Virus record (IMG/VR): IMGVR_UViG_2906128962_000004
Coordinates: 25,940-89,939 of that record
DNA length: 64,000 nt
Source of the DNA: a virus
Lineage: Duplodnaviria > Caudoviricetes
Strand: one strand, 5' to 3'
Shown: positions 9,688-19,933 of the stretch, in pieces
How positions within the stretch are numbered: position 1 is the first letter of the stretch
Layout: every line of letters starts with the position of its first letter
Notes under the pieces: model-generated
Database searches by the model: none
Told to the model about the DNA's origin: nothing
Seen by the model: only the letters and a program-made list of their open reading frames with translations
Translations under genes and position numbers: made by a program

Positions 9688-9936
9688 ATGGCTAACAGTG
9701 ATGAACTTTTACTCGTTAACACTGAGATAACGACTGCAATTCAGAAACTTCACCTTGATATTACTTCACGTCGTGCAGTTTCAACCCTCACCAGCCATTT
9801 CTGCATTGTCAAAGGATTGCATTCCAAACCCGCCAGTGAACTAAAACGCCTTAAAAAAAGTATCCAGTTTCAGATAAACACCCATATATCCCAAAAATTT
9901 GCCCCAGCTAACTCTGCTTATGGTCGATTTCTCTAA
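9688..9936 (+). CDS. Small ORF in the position of P1 coi
   Basis: 82 aa, AGGA RBS, immediately upstream of c1; no recognisable sequence similarity to Coi. Confidence 0.5.
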   Translation: MANSDELLLVNTEITTAIQKLHLDITSRRAVSTLTSHFCIVKGLHSKPASELKRLKKSIQFQINTHISQKFAPANSAYGRFL

Positions 9937-10003
9937 CGAAATAGACTAAATTCTCCCTTAGTTTTTAGCTAATGGGCATTGCGCCCACAACCGGAGAATA
10001 CTG

Positions 10004-10864
10004 ATGTCAGATAGCCGTACGGGCGAAGCCGTCTATAAGGAATTTATAGAGTTCCGAGACGCGTTCCTGACAGATGCTATGGATGAAGCTTCTGCCTGGA
10101 GCACGAATAAATATGGTGAAAAGTTTAGGCCTGTGGTGCTTGTCAGCGCCCGCAGGCTTAAAAAATGGACTGAAGCTATCGAACAATGGAATAAGTTCGC
10201 ACAAGAACTCAAGAAATATCCTCAGTTGGGCATCCCAGTTTCGCTATACGAACCAGCTCCGAAATTCATCTCCGGAGCTATACGCGTGCGTTGTTATGAG
10301 CTACCAGCTACTGAGGTAACGACCAAGGCGCGGGAGAAGATCCTTGCAGATTACGACCGTGAAATTGAGCGGTTTAAGGCTATAGATAATACTAATCCTT
10401 ACCTTACCCAACTGCAGGATGAACGGAAAACATTCGAAGCCTTACCTCCAAAAACGAAACTGAGATTACGCCGCACCGGCTACACGGATCTGAATTGCGC
10501 ATACAGCACAACTGAAGAAAGTCAGATAATGGTGCGCGTATCATCCTCTGGTGTGTTCTTTGATGAGCGTACTCTTGGACAGGGTTTCACCTTCGGACCT
10601 AAAACCAAAAACAGTAAAGCATCGATTTACTCAGAATTGAGCCCCATTCCGCAATCGCTCTATCAAAGCATAGATATTTACGACATCGATACTGTTGAAA
10701 AGGCAAAAGCTGCACGCAAAAAGTATCGAGAAGAGAATGAACAAGAGATCAAGCGTGAGCAATGGTCGCGCTATAACAAAACTCGTGCTGCCAAAAATGC
10801 AATCCAGGCTGATGCAGAACATGCGGCAAGCGAGAAAAACCCTTCAGGTAGCAGCCACGATTGA
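10004..10864 (+). CDS. c1: C1-like primary repressor
   Basis: 286 aa; GEAVYKEFIEFRDAFL and RPVVL...W...AQELKKYPQLGIP match P1 C1; convergent with pacB as in P1. Confidence 0.85.
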   Translation: MSDSRTGEAVYKEFIEFRDAFLTDAMDEASAWSTNKYGEKFRPVVLVSARRLKKWTEAIEQWNKFAQELKKYPQLGIPVSLYEPAPKFISGAIRVRCYELPATEVTTKAREKILADYDREIERFKAIDNTNPYLTQLQDERKTFEALPPKTKLRLRRTGYTDLNCAYSTTEESQIMVRVSSSGVFFDERTLGQGFTFGPKTKNSKASIYSELSPIPQSLYQSIDIYDIDTVEKAKAARKKYREENEQEIKREQWSRYNKTRAAKNAIQADAEHAASEKNPSGSSHD

Positions 10865-10897
10865 CTCGGCCACCAGCGGGCAGCTGGTGGTGTGAGT

Positions 10898-12406
10898 TTA
10901 GCTTGCCCTACGTCTACGCAACCATTCCTCGGCTTCAGAACGAGTCTCTTCTTCATCATGGAAGGTTTCTTCGTTTGCCGGGGTAAAGTCCACCAGCTGC
11001 GTGAAGCAATATACATCCCAGTGATCCGGCGATTTGATGTTGAGCTTCTCGCGCATCTGCTCTTTCGGCACCATATACCATTGACCGGCTTCATTTAGGC
11101 CGCATGGGATCTTACATGCTTGGTCGACAGCCTTCCCCCCTTTATCAAACTTGAGTCGTCCCTGCTGTACGGCCATTTTGGCCATGATGTTTGCATATGC
11201 ACGCTGGTTGATGAATCGCTCTTTGTCCTTCTTGGTGTGCATCCGTTTACCCCAGCGGATTCGCTGGGCGATGATGCCGTGTTTTTCTTCCAGTACATCA
11301 GCAGTGGTCGCGCCAACGCCGTCGCCATCGATGGCGATCTGAATATTGGGGTATTTCTCCGGGTCACATTCACTGAAAATGAAGTCTGCAAAACGTGACG
11401 GTGTAACAGTGGCTTCCATCTCCTTAACCAGATGAGGGACTACGCGCCGGTGTTTGCCATATCCGGATACCCTGAAGATGCCCATTACTGATTTATCGCG
11501 GCCATTACCTACGTCACAGCAACAGATCCAGCCCCAGCCCATTGCAAGGGGAACTTTACGCCGCTGCGCACGTTCACACTCATCACGGCCAAGCAGATAG
11601 CCGGAAAGCGAGCTGGGGAATTCACCGCGTACCTTAATGAGGTATTCCGGTGACTCCCGGCCACCATAGTCCACCAGCTTTTCACGGATGAATTTCAGCG
11701 TTACGAGAGGCGATTCTTCAGAGTTAAGCTTAATCGCGTTGTATAGCCCATTCGGGTTGGCTTCTGTGCGCGCCAGGCGATGGTGAGAGTCGTAGAATTC
11801 ACCAGCAGTACGCGTCGGCTGCGAGATGAGCATCAGCCGGTTGTCGTCCTGCGTCAGCGCACCTTTGATAATACCGAATGCCTTATCCGATACGCCTGAC
11901 GCTTCATCGATGATGTAAAGCAGGTGCTCTGCGTGCTCACCGGCGAGTGCTTCTTCGTTCCCCAGTCGGAAGCCTTTAGCGATAACTTCCCAGCTACCCT
12001 TCGACGCGTTCTCGTAAAAAGTAACATCGGCCAGGGTGAAGTATTGACCTAACCATGGGAACCGCTTCAGGCATTCTTTCCAGTTCTGCCGGATGTACTT
12101 AAAGATACCGGTTTTAACCTGCTGCAGTTTGTTGGCCACGATGATGATACGAGACTCTGGGAAGAACATCAGGTAGCACAAGATCATGATAGCGGTCATG
12201 TCGGACTTACCCGTACCATGCCCGGAGGAAACCGTCGTCCAGCTGCCGGTCTGCTGAACTGATTCGATAATTTCCTCCTGCTGCCAGGTGGGGATCTTAT
12301 TAAACAAGACTTCAGCAGCGGTTACCCAGTCATAACGATACAGTTTAACCAGCTCCTGCCAGCGCGGGTCTTCAGTGATTGAGCGCCTAGTTATGGCTGC
12401 CATCAT
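10898..12406 (-). CDS. pacB: Terminase large subunit
   Basis: Walker A SGHGTGKS, Walker B IIDEASG, C-terminal RNase H nuclease motifs CDVG, IDGDG, SPDHWD. Confidence 0.95.
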   Translation of the reverse strand: MMAAITRRSITEDPRWQELVKLYRYDWVTAAEVLFNKIPTWQQEEIIESVQQTGSWTTVSSGHGTGKSDMTAIMILCYLMFFPESRIIIVANKLQQVKTGIFKYIRQNWKECLKRFPWLGQYFTLADVTFYENASKGSWEVIAKGFRLGNEEALAGEHAEHLLYIIDEASGVSDKAFGIIKGALTQDDNRLMLISQPTRTAGEFYDSHHRLARTEANPNGLYNAIKLNSEESPLVTLKFIREKLVDYGGRESPEYLIKVRGEFPSSLSGYLLGRDECERAQRRKVPLAMGWGWICCCDVGNGRDKSVMGIFRVSGYGKHRRVVPHLVKEMEATVTPSRFADFIFSECDPEKYPNIQIAIDGDGVGATTADVLEEKHGIIAQRIRWGKRMHTKKDKERFINQRAYANIMAKMAVQQGRLKFDKGGKAVDQACKIPCGLNEAGQWYMVPKEQMREKLNIKSPDHWDVYCFTQLVDFTPANEETFHDEEETRSEAEEWLRRRRAS

Positions 12407-13607
12407 CGCCCCCGTACAGCAGGTTATTTACCTCATCATCTGGTATTTCGTCGTCGGCAAATTGTGCAGTTAGGTTGATATCGTTAAGAGAACCGTCAGC
12501 AGCGACATCACCAAACCCGCCACCATCCACCAGGAGATTTACAGCCTCGCGTTTCTCCGCCATAAGTTGTTCGTGCTGAGCATGGCGAATTGCGCGCGCC
12601 TCCCTGGCTTGGCGGTCCAGTTCTTCCGGGTCATAAGCCACAGCTTTAACCTTGTCGGACTCACCATCTTTCACCTCTTTACGTGCCATCTCCATGAGTA
12701 GCGCCGGAACCTTATAGCCATGGGTCTCGATGTAGATCGCGGTATCAACAGCACTCCAGCCGTTTTCCTTTCGCTGCTGGTACGCTTGCATGATTCGTTC
12801 AGGCTCTTCTGTTTTGCGGTCGTGCAGCTCTTGCTCGCGCTTGTTCTTCGCATAGCTCTGACGAATGCCCGCTAACGATCGTGCGGTGTCATTGATGGCA
12901 CCCGCCGCGGCCGCGGCAACAGAGAGAGCTTTCGTTATTGGGTTCGGTCCGGATTCATCATCATCACCTGATGCCGGTGGTTGTTCGGTAAGGAAGGTAA
13001 GGACCGCTTTCACAGTGCGGTTAAGGCAGAACAGGTTAACGAGGGATGATTCGATGGCCATAGCCTCAATATCATCAACACCGGCTGCTGCTATCAGCTT
13101 TCGGGCTTCCTCCATGTCTTCATCGCTGGGGATTATGGAAGCTTCCAGAATCTGGCTACCGGCCATGTATTGATCACGTGTACGTCCCGATTTCGTCTTG
13201 GTCGATACTGCATTGATCAATTTCCCGACCAGCACAGCCTCTTCCGTTTGCCCAGCTTCGACGCGCGCGTGTCTTCCGGCCTCTTTAACTTTCAGGCTTA
13301 ATTCATTGATTTCCTGAGATAAATTTTTATTCTGCTTCGAGGGTTTGTGATCGCTTTTGCGCTTACCTGACTTTTTTTGATCATTTGATCGTTTTCCTGC
13401 CTTTTTAACGATCTGATCAGCTGGTCGCTGGTCTTGAACCTTACCTAATTGAGTCGTGCCTTCCCCCAGGTAGCGACGTGCGGTATTAGGGTTTAAACCA
13501 TAGGTAAGTGCATATTCCTTAATAGATATTTTCTCGCCAGCGGCGCGCATTTCCGCATAGCGATTTCTATGTTCTGACCAGTCCGTTTTTACTGCCACTG
13601 CGATCAC
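12387..13607 (-). CDS. pacA: Terminase small subunit
   Basis: 406 aa, N-terminal HTH ([12 protein letters not shown]), upstream of pacB, GATC cluster in 5' part. Confidence 0.85.
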   Translation of the reverse strand: MIAVAVKTDWSEHRNRYAEMRAAGEKISIKEYALTYGLNPNTARRYLGEGTTQLGKVQDQRPADQIVKKAGKRSNDQKKSGKRKSDHKPSKQNKNLSQEINELSLKVKEAGRHARVEAGQTEEAVLVGKLINAVSTKTKSGRTRDQYMAGSQILEASIIPSDEDMEEARKLIAAAGVDDIEAMAIESSLVNLFCLNRTVKAVLTFLTEQPPASGDDDESGPNPITKALSVAAAAAGAINDTARSLAGIRQSYAKNKREQELHDRKTEEPERIMQAYQQRKENGWSAVDTAIYIETHGYKVPALLMEMARKEVKDGESDKVKAVAYDPEELDRQAREARAIRHAQHEQLMAEKREAVNLLVDGGGFGDVAADGSLNDINLTAQFADDEIPDDEVNNLLYGGDDGSHN

Positions 13608-13657
13608 CCCTTTACAACGATGATCGCAGTCTACTGATCGTTACATCTCAATTGATC
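13349..13657. other. Putative pac region: two GATC clusters
   Basis: GATC at 13349, 13379, 13387, 13410, 13415 and 13602, 13622, 13636, 13654; P1 pac is a Dam-dependent GATC cluster in pacA. Confidence 0.65.
13628..13646 (-). promoter_or_regulatory. Lpa-type late promoter for pacA/pacB
   Basis: ATGTAACGA-tcag-TAGACT. Confidence 0.55.
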
Positions 13658-13817
13658 ACTTTTGATTGGTATTAGCTGTCATTTCAACAACCAAAAAACA
13701 GACATATTTATGTTATTTACTGGTTGGTTTATTGATTTTCTCGGTGGTTTTTGTAACATGTGACTCGCTATTTCAATCAATCACAAGCAGTTAGCGTTAA
13801 ACGCAAGGATTAACACT

Positions 13818-14909
13818 ATGTCTAAATCACCAATTTTTGTGGCTGTCGACGGCGGCTCCGGCAATATCGCACTTCGTTTTGAAAATGAACAAGGCGAGCT
13901 GAAAACGCACATCAGCCCTGCGCTGGTTCGTCGTGGCCTGCTCCAGCATGGGACTCAGGAATCATCTACAACCTGGCGTACCGATGAAGACGAAATCTAC
14001 TCGGTTACCAATGACGCAACCAGCATTGAGCTGGTCAACACCTGTGATCCAGAATACCAACTGAGTCCGGCCAACCGCGTGCTGGTGCTTAATGCGCTCA
14101 GCCGCGCCGGGTTAGGTGGGCGTGACGTGGTTCTGGCCGATACGCTGCCAGCGGATCAGTATTACGGTGATAACGGCATCAACAAAGTACGCATTGAGGC
14201 CAAGAAAAATAGCTTGCTGCGTGCCGTCGAGAACTACTCTGGCTCAGCTGCTGCGCCGAACATCAAACACGTGGCCATTTACCCTGAAGCGGTCACAGCG
14301 TACGTCAGTGCAACGGTAATGCCAGACGGTAGCGAAAACCCCGCGTTCGAAGGCGTACAGCGCTGCATGATTGTAGATCTCGGTCGCTTCACCTGTGACA
14401 TTGCTATCGTTACCAACGAGCTGGAAATCCTCAACCGTGTCACTACAGAGCACGGTATCCACGTGATGATTAAGCGCCTTCATCATCTGCTGCAAGAGCA
14501 CCAGGAGGCGCTCAATCTGCCTGAAGCCAAAGAGATTAGCCTGTCTGCCCTCGATGGTTTTATCGAACGTGGGTATGCCGGTAGCCAGGCGGCTTCGCGA
14601 GCACATCTCCGCCGTGATATTCGCCATTTAGTCGAGCAAGCAGCGCGCGAGCTGGCGAACGATATCCGCAATGACATTCGCAGCCTGCACCGCAACATGA
14701 CCGACATCGATATGCTGCTGTTTGTCGGTGGTGGCGCGAACTGGCTGGGCGGGAAACTGGACTATCTGCCAGACTTCTCTAAAGAGTGGCACGATTACAC
14801 GTACATTCCGGATGAACCTCAGTTCGCCGTAGTTCGTGGCGTACACCTTCTGCTCCAGAACGCACAAACGCGCATTCTGCAAGATTTAGCGGAAACTGCG
14901 GAGGCTTAA
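13818..14909 (+). CDS. parM: ParM/StbA actin-like partition ATPase
   Basis: VAVDGGSGNIAL, YPEAVTAY, IVDLGRFTCDI, LFVGGGA actin-fold motifs. Confidence 0.9.
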   Translation: MSKSPIFVAVDGGSGNIALRFENEQGELKTHISPALVRRGLLQHGTQESSTTWRTDEDEIYSVTNDATSIELVNTCDPEYQLSPANRVLVLNALSRAGLGGRDVVLADTLPADQYYGDNGINKVRIEAKKNSLLRAVENYSGSAAAPNIKHVAIYPEAVTAYVSATVMPDGSENPAFEGVQRCMIVDLGRFTCDIAIVTNELEILNRVTTEHGIHVMIKRLHHLLQEHQEALNLPEAKEISLSALDGFIERGYAGSQAASRAHLRRDIRHLVEQAARELANDIRNDIRSLHRNMTDIDMLLFVGGGANWLGGKLDYLPDFSKEWHDYTYIPDEPQFAVVRGVHLLLQNAQTRILQDLAETAEA

Positions 14910-14910
14910 T

Positions 14911-15381
14911 ATGTCAGGAAGCGACACCAAGGCGAAACGTGATGTGTTGTCTATCAACATCACCGAGGATTTGAAGCGATCGGCGGCTTCGTGTCGCTTC
15001 ATTGATGAGTATCGTGCCACCAGCGACCGCAGTGCAAAGCGCATCAAAATTGTCAGTGCTTTGACAGCTGGCCAGATTTTGCAGGAATGCGATCTGATGG
15101 CCGTTATTGGCTTTATCGACACAGAGGCATTTACCAGACTCGATATTGATCAAAAGAGAATGATGCTGCTGGCGAGAATGCAGGAGTTCATGGGGGTCAC
15201 AGAGTCAGTTGCTGCGCCGGTGGTTACGACACACAAAGCAGCACCTGTAGCGCAAACTAAACCAGTGGCCCCTGCTGTTAAGGAGCCACCAGCAACAACT
15301 ACTGAAGAAAAGCAGGAAAAAACAGAGGAACAAGGTTCAGCTAGAGTGAGTCGCTTCGCTAACCGCTTGCCCGGTGCTTGA
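14911..15381 (+). CDS. ParR/StbB-like centromere-binding adaptor
   Basis: Immediately downstream of parM; small, low-complexity C-terminal tail. Confidence 0.6.
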   Translation: MSGSDTKAKRDVLSINITEDLKRSAASCRFIDEYRATSDRSAKRIKIVSALTAGQILQECDLMAVIGFIDTEAFTRLDIDQKRMMLLARMQEFMGVTESVAAPVVTTHKAAPVAQTKPVAPAVKEPPATTTEEKQEKTEEQGSARVSRFANRLPGA

Positions 15382-15774
15382 TGTATTTCGCGATGTATAC
15401 AGCATCAACCGCGTCAAATAAGCACCTGCTCTTTCCTTCTCATCCTCATCCATAAGCATTTTTTCACGGCGGTCCGGAGGGATTCTCTCCGGATTTCTGC
15501 AACGCCTGAAGAATGCATCATCTATCCGTGTTAAGTAAAACGTTCGTGGGCGTACAGACAGGTCTACTACGCAATCTGAGTTGTGCGACAAGGCAATAGA
15601 TCGCATTCTCAGGTAAATATTACGTAACGATGAGTGGTATTGCGGATACTTTAATTTAAGCCCTTCAGCTACTTCTCTTGCTGTGGCCGGTCTACCAAGC
15701 TCAATTAGATACTGCGAAATTTCCCACGACGTTAGCCTATTGTGCTTTGCCAAATAGACACCTCGCCGAGACAA
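15337..15774 (-). CDS. lpa: Late promoter activator Lpa
   Basis: VDLSVRPRTF...FFRRCRNP...MDEDEKER resembles P1 Lpa; position near pacA; operator at its start. Confidence 0.75.
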   Translation of the reverse strand: MSRRGVYLAKHNRLTSWEISQYLIELGRPATAREVAEGLKLKYPQYHSSLRNIYLRMRSIALSHNSDCVVDLSVRPRTFYLTRIDDAFFRRCRNPERIPPDRREKMLMDEDEKERAGAYLTRLMLYTSRNTSSTGQAVSEATHSS

Positions 15775-15789
15775 CAGATTGTACTAATG
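15773..15789 (-). promoter_or_regulatory. Putative C1-type operator at lpa
   Basis: Minus strand CATTAGTACAATCTGTT. Confidence 0.55.
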
Positions 15790-15847
15790 CAAAAGGGATT
15801 CTACTGACGACATGCCTGTTTTTCAAACGACATTAATCACAGACAAG

Positions 15848-15869
15848 AAAAAGGCGCATTAAGCGCCTT
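15848..15869 (-). terminator. Intrinsic terminator
   Basis: AAGGCGC/GCGCCTT stem followed by U-tract on minus strand. Confidence 0.65.
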
Positions 15870-16059
15870 GATTCATGGAATTTTAGTATGCACAAAGATT
15901 ACCGATGGCTACTCACAAAAGAATCTTGGAATGGACTCGACTAAGCACATTACAAAACCCCTCAGAAGCTATGCCGCACACATCTTATTACAGAACATAC
16001 TAAGCATTCAATGGGTAAACGATCAGTTAGTAGCGTTTCCGAGCGTGCGGCCAATCAAG

Positions 16060-16149
16060 TCACATCACCAGAGAGTACAGCCAGACTCCCCAGACAGGTA
16101 TAGCAACAAAGGTGAGCGTGTAAACAAACACCTTCTGGAAATAACCCAT
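16060..16149 (-). CDS. 29-aa hydrophobic peptide (not in ORF track)
   Basis: MGYFQKVFVYTLTFVAIPVWGVWLYSLVM; AGGA RBS upstream. Confidence 0.5.
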   Translation of the reverse strand: MGYFQKVFVYTLTFVAIPVWGVWLYSLVM

Positions 16150-16171
16150 AATTCTTTCCTATCTTAGCAAG

Positions 16172-16191
16172 AAAGCCCGCTTGTGCGGGCT
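16172..16191 (-). terminator. Terminator after TA operon
   Basis: AGCCCGC/GCGGGCT stem, short U-tract. Confidence 0.55.
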
Positions 16192-16199
16192 GTATCCTG

Positions 16200-16574
16200 T
16201 CAGTCGTCTATCAGTTGGGTAACGCGGCAGTCGTACAGTTTGGCCAGTTTTTCGAGAGTCGCCTTTTGTGGCTTGCTTCGCTTTTCCATGTTCGCTACGC
16301 CCGCCTGAGTGATGCCTAGCGCCTCTGCTACGGCCTCCTGAGATAAACCGCGATACATGCGCCAGGCCGCTTGTAAGGTCACGCCTTTTTTAATCTGAAA
16401 GCCTACGACTTCATGAGGGATTGTTTCATCGTCGTTCGGGCCTTCTGTGTATGGGACGGCTTCATACAGCTCATCCAGATCAGAAGTGGCCACCAGCTTA
16501 TTAAACAAATCAATCGGTATCACTACTGATTGACGTGCGCCGTTTTCGTCGGTCAAAAATTGTATGTTTCTCAT
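16200..16574 (-). CDS. HigA-like XRE HTH antitoxin
   Basis: AWRMYRGLSQEAVAEALGITQAGVANMEK Cro/CI HTH; downstream of RelE-family toxin. Confidence 0.85.
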   Translation of the reverse strand: MRNIQFLTDENGARQSVVIPIDLFNKLVATSDLDELYEAVPYTEGPNDDETIPHEVVGFQIKKGVTLQAAWRMYRGLSQEAVAEALGITQAGVANMEKRSKPQKATLEKLAKLYDCRVTQLIDD

Positions 16575-16644
16575 TCTCACGGGTCTCGTAAATATTGGAG
16601 AAAGTCGCTTTCTCGCTGGGTTGGGCGGGTTTCCCCGCCTCGCC

Positions 16645-16908
16645 TTAGTACGTATTTGACTGTCTGCGCATTACCTCATCAATTCGGATTATTGTCGGTT
16701 TGCCGTCTATCACTGTGAACAGCACCCTGTATACTCCCACCCTTACCCGATACTCTTTGTCTTTACTACCTTGCATCTTCTTTAAGTCTAACTGCACATC
16801 GGGGAAGTCCTCTAACTCGCTAACCTTGTCAAAAATCATTTCACGGTAGCGGTTATCTATGCGGGAGAGTTGTTTCTTTGCCTTTTTACTCCATTCAACC
16901 TTCGGCAC
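16645..16908 (-). CDS. RelE/HigB-family toxin
   Basis: VEWSKKAKKQL...KKMQG...YRVRVGVYRVLF RelE signature. Confidence 0.9.
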   Translation of the reverse strand: MPKVEWSKKAKKQLSRIDNRYREMIFDKVSELEDFPDVQLDLKKMQGSKDKEYRVRVGVYRVLFTVIDGKPTIIRIDEVMRRQSNTY

Positions 16909-17027
16909 TTTGTATCCCTCTCGTCGAACTTCGAGATTAATTATAACTATATTTGGTTATATTTCAATCTATTTAGTTATTTTTTCGAGGGGTAGTTATA
17001 TTTTTTCTAAATGGCAGTGACTGCTAT

Positions 17028-17249
17028 TCATACCTTTGACGATTTCATAGCCTTACGTAACTTATGCATTTGGTTCAGCGTATTGGAAACACCAGAGCGG
17101 GGATGACATGCAGAGAATTTCCCATCCTGCTCAGTCGTGTAGCTCTCCACCAGCGCCATCAGTGCTGCCTCTGCCTGTTCCATTAGCGCTATAGCCTCAT
17201 CACGCTGCATAGTACGAACGTCTTTCAGGGTGGGAACCTTATCATCCAC
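17028..17249 (-). CDS. Hypothetical protein
   Basis: 73 aa, GGAGG RBS near GTG; start uncertain. Confidence 0.5.
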   Translation of the reverse strand: MDDKVPTLKDVRTMQRDEAIALMEQAEAALMALVESYTTEQDGKFSACHPRSGVSNTLNQMHKLRKAMKSSKV

Positions 17250-17597
17250 ACCTCCACGCGTAACGCGCAGTAACGGCTGCGAAATCTCATCTTCAATGAC
17301 GATCAGCGCCTTCTTAAACTCGACTTTAAACCCTTTCTTACAGGCTACAGCTTTAAGGCTGCTGGACTCCTGCTGATTGGGGGTGGTTTGGGAAACGGAA
17401 ATTATTGTACGTTAAGAGCATAATTTAACGTTTCTAATAGGTAACTGATTGATTTTTTTTCACATGTTATCGCTTATAAGCTGTAGCTGATATTTCGGAC
17501 AAAAAAAGTTTATCCCTGATATTCGGGAAAAGTGGTGTAGTGGTCATATATACTGGTTGAAAGTTGCATTGGAGTGGTTTATTTTCCATTTTTAAAG

Positions 17598-18275
17598 TCA
17601 CTTGCCAGGGCGTTTTGGAATGCGTTTCCCTATCTCTTCGATAGAAGTATCCTGTAAAACAGCTTTCTCAATAAAGCGTTCCATTGTACGCAACATAGGA
17701 ATAAAGTCATCAATCTGAGGTGTCCACCCTCTGTGGGCTGCTGCATTACCCGCGTTAGTAATTACGTCAAGTTGATCCCGCTCGGTTTTTCCAACATAGC
17801 CTTGTTCAAATACAGCGTTCACTTTTTCGAACATCCTTAAATTTGGGTTAATACCTATAATCTCTGTCGTCCTGTCAAACGCAGTTCGAAGACCGATTGA
17901 AGCAAGAATAAACAAACCGTGTTCAGCCGCGCTATAAACCTCACATAAAATTTTATAAAGGACCTCATCTTTTCCATTAATGAACAGTCCCCACATAGGC
18001 CGTTCAAATGCTTTATTCGAATCGGGTATTGTGCTTATCATATGGAACTGCTTGCCAATAACTACAGCGTCAATCTTATCGTAGCTCCACGCATCACGGT
18101 AATAAAAAACCAATTCGCAACCGCAACATTCTAATATCTTATGATCTATTCCGTAATTGTGTTCAATACCGCTAGCATTAATCAAATTGGCAACTTGTTT
18201 TTGGCCATGTACAAGTGTGTTGCACTCTCTTTGGCATAAAGGGCATTTTGTCTTAAATTTAGGTGGGGTGGGCAT
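17598..18275 (-). CDS. DUF4145 (HEPN-related) protein with N-terminal Zn ribbon
   Basis: CPLC..CCGC, ILCEVYSA...LASIGLRTAFD, NAGNAAAH; AT-rich. Confidence 0.75.
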   Translation of the reverse strand: MPTPPKFKTKCPLCQRECNTLVHGQKQVANLINASGIEHNYGIDHKILECCGCELVFYYRDAWSYDKIDAVVIGKQFHMISTIPDSNKAFERPMWGLFINGKDEVLYKILCEVYSAAEHGLFILASIGLRTAFDRTTEIIGINPNLRMFEKVNAVFEQGYVGKTERDQLDVITNAGNAAAHRGWTPQIDDFIPMLRTMERFIEKAVLQDTSIEEIGKRIPKRPGK

Positions 18276-18516
18276 TTTTTACTCAATCTTCGCTAAATGA
18301 TTAATTCAATTTATCATAATTTTCTGATACTTCAGAATGCCAGTAGTTAGATACTTTTAATATGTTAGTCCGGTTTAGCAAACAAGTTAAGCGTAGCATA
18401 ATTTCCGATTTCCAAACTGGCCCTTGATTTGTATGGGGCTAACAGAATCGGTTCCCCAATATCCATGCTTTCAAGCGCAGTAAGCGCTGCGGTACGAGTA
18501 GCGTAATTACGAATGG

Positions 18517-19899
18517 TCATTTGAATGACTCCATATCAAAGGCGCGGGTAAAAGCCTCCCGCGAGTGGCTGCTGGTGGCTGAAGATAATGCCTGGCGCAA
18601 GTGTTGCTCATCGTATCCGTCATTTATGAACACCACGATCTTACTTTCAAGCCGCTGCTTGGCTTCGGACAGTTTGGCGTCTTTGTTATTACGCATGAAG
18701 CGCTGCATGTAATCACAAATTATCCGTAGCGGTGTCGTAATGTCAGTGTTAGCACCAGTATTCATTCCACCACTAAAAGCTTTCTGTTCAGGAGTACGAG
18801 CTAAATCTGTAAAAGAGTCGCGGTGTATCTCTACCCCATACACTTTCACGATCCGGTTGAACGTGTGACGGATCGCATAGTCGATCACCTCTTTCAGCCT
18901 CGCGCCGGTGTGTTCACGGCGAAAACCTTTGATATCGCTTCGTAGAATTGCCAGATCTGTATCCACTTTGTCATTGAGGCTCAGCGCCTCGATGTGGTCG
19001 CGTTCTATCATGAGTTCTTGTGTTGCGACATCGGCATTGCTATATGCCCACTGCTCGGCATATGCCATCGCTTGCTCTGCTGTGAGAGATTCCATTTCAC
19101 GAACAAAAGTGATTTCCTCATCCATTTTTAACGCTTCGTCATAAGCGTATTCGAGTTCAATTAAACGACCTATTTCGTCGGCGTTATCCCATGCGTCGTG
19201 CATCATTTGCGCATCCATTGTTAAAGCTTCTGAGTGGGCAGCATCAATTTCATCAGAGGAAACTACCGGCGCAACAGCAAAGGCTACATAAATCTGATCA
19301 TCGCTCATATCTTCCAGCTCGTGTTTACGCGCTTCGGTCGGTTTAACGCGGTCGTTGAAGAAACCAGAAAACAGCTCGTTGTGGTGTGCATCGCGAGCCG
19401 CTTGCAAGTGTGCAGGACGCGGCGGGCAGTCGTTTAAAATTTCGCGTACTTTAACGCGGGCGTCGTATTCCCCCATCAAGTCAGTCGCCGGGATAACATC
19501 CCCGATTTTCGGCAACGTGGTAACGACCGCTTTCATGTGCAGCTTAGAACCGCAGTAAACGACATCACCTGGGTGGAAAAGGTTATCGACGCCTACCGAG
19601 CCTTTAATGGTGATTTCGAACTCAGCCGGGGCAACTGGCTTAGTCATGAACTCTTTAACGCCAGCTTTAGCTTCTTTGTATGCCGCTTTGAACTGGTCAA
19701 CGTCACTCAGGTCGATCCACCAGCCACAACCGAAACCATCGTCGTAGCATGGGCAACCGTCATTACTCCAACCGGCAGCCGTAAGCATGTCATCCATTGC
19801 TTCCAGGATGGTCGCAGGTGCGTTCTCGATAGTGAAATGGTGTTTGCGGCCGCGCAGGTCAGGGTTTGCGGTAGTTGTAGCGTTGCGAATCAGTTTCAT
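18517..19899 (-). CDS. Large mosaic hypothetical protein with internal EAL repeats
   Basis: 460 aa; AHSEALTMD, AYDEALKMD, DHIEALSLN repeats. Confidence 0.7.
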   Translation of the reverse strand: MKLIRNATTTANPDLRGRKHHFTIENAPATILEAMDDMLTAAGWSNDGCPCYDDGFGCGWWIDLSDVDQFKAAYKEAKAGVKEFMTKPVAPAEFEITIKGSVGVDNLFHPGDVVYCGSKLHMKAVVTTLPKIGDVIPATDLMGEYDARVKVREILNDCPPRPAHLQAARDAHHNELFSGFFNDRVKPTEARKHELEDMSDDQIYVAFAVAPVVSSDEIDAAHSEALTMDAQMMHDAWDNADEIGRLIELEYAYDEALKMDEEITFVREMESLTAEQAMAYAEQWAYSNADVATQELMIERDHIEALSLNDKVDTDLAILRSDIKGFRREHTGARLKEVIDYAIRHTFNRIVKVYGVEIHRDSFTDLARTPEQKAFSGGMNTGANTDITTPLRIICDYMQRFMRNNKDAKLSEAKQRLESKIVVFINDGYDEQHLRQALSSATSSHSREAFTRAFDMESFK

Positions 19900-19933
19900 C
19901 GTCTTTTCCTCAATTTATCGTGGCGCAGTCGTC

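Noticed and set aside
15868-16167. 99-aa plus-strand ORF in the track
   Set aside because: No RBS or motif; the minus-strand 29-aa ORF bounded by terminators is better supported.
17250-17420. Open frame upstream of the 73-aa ORF and a 22-aa ATG ORF (possible frameshifted gene)
   Set aside because: No homology evidence to call a pseudogene.
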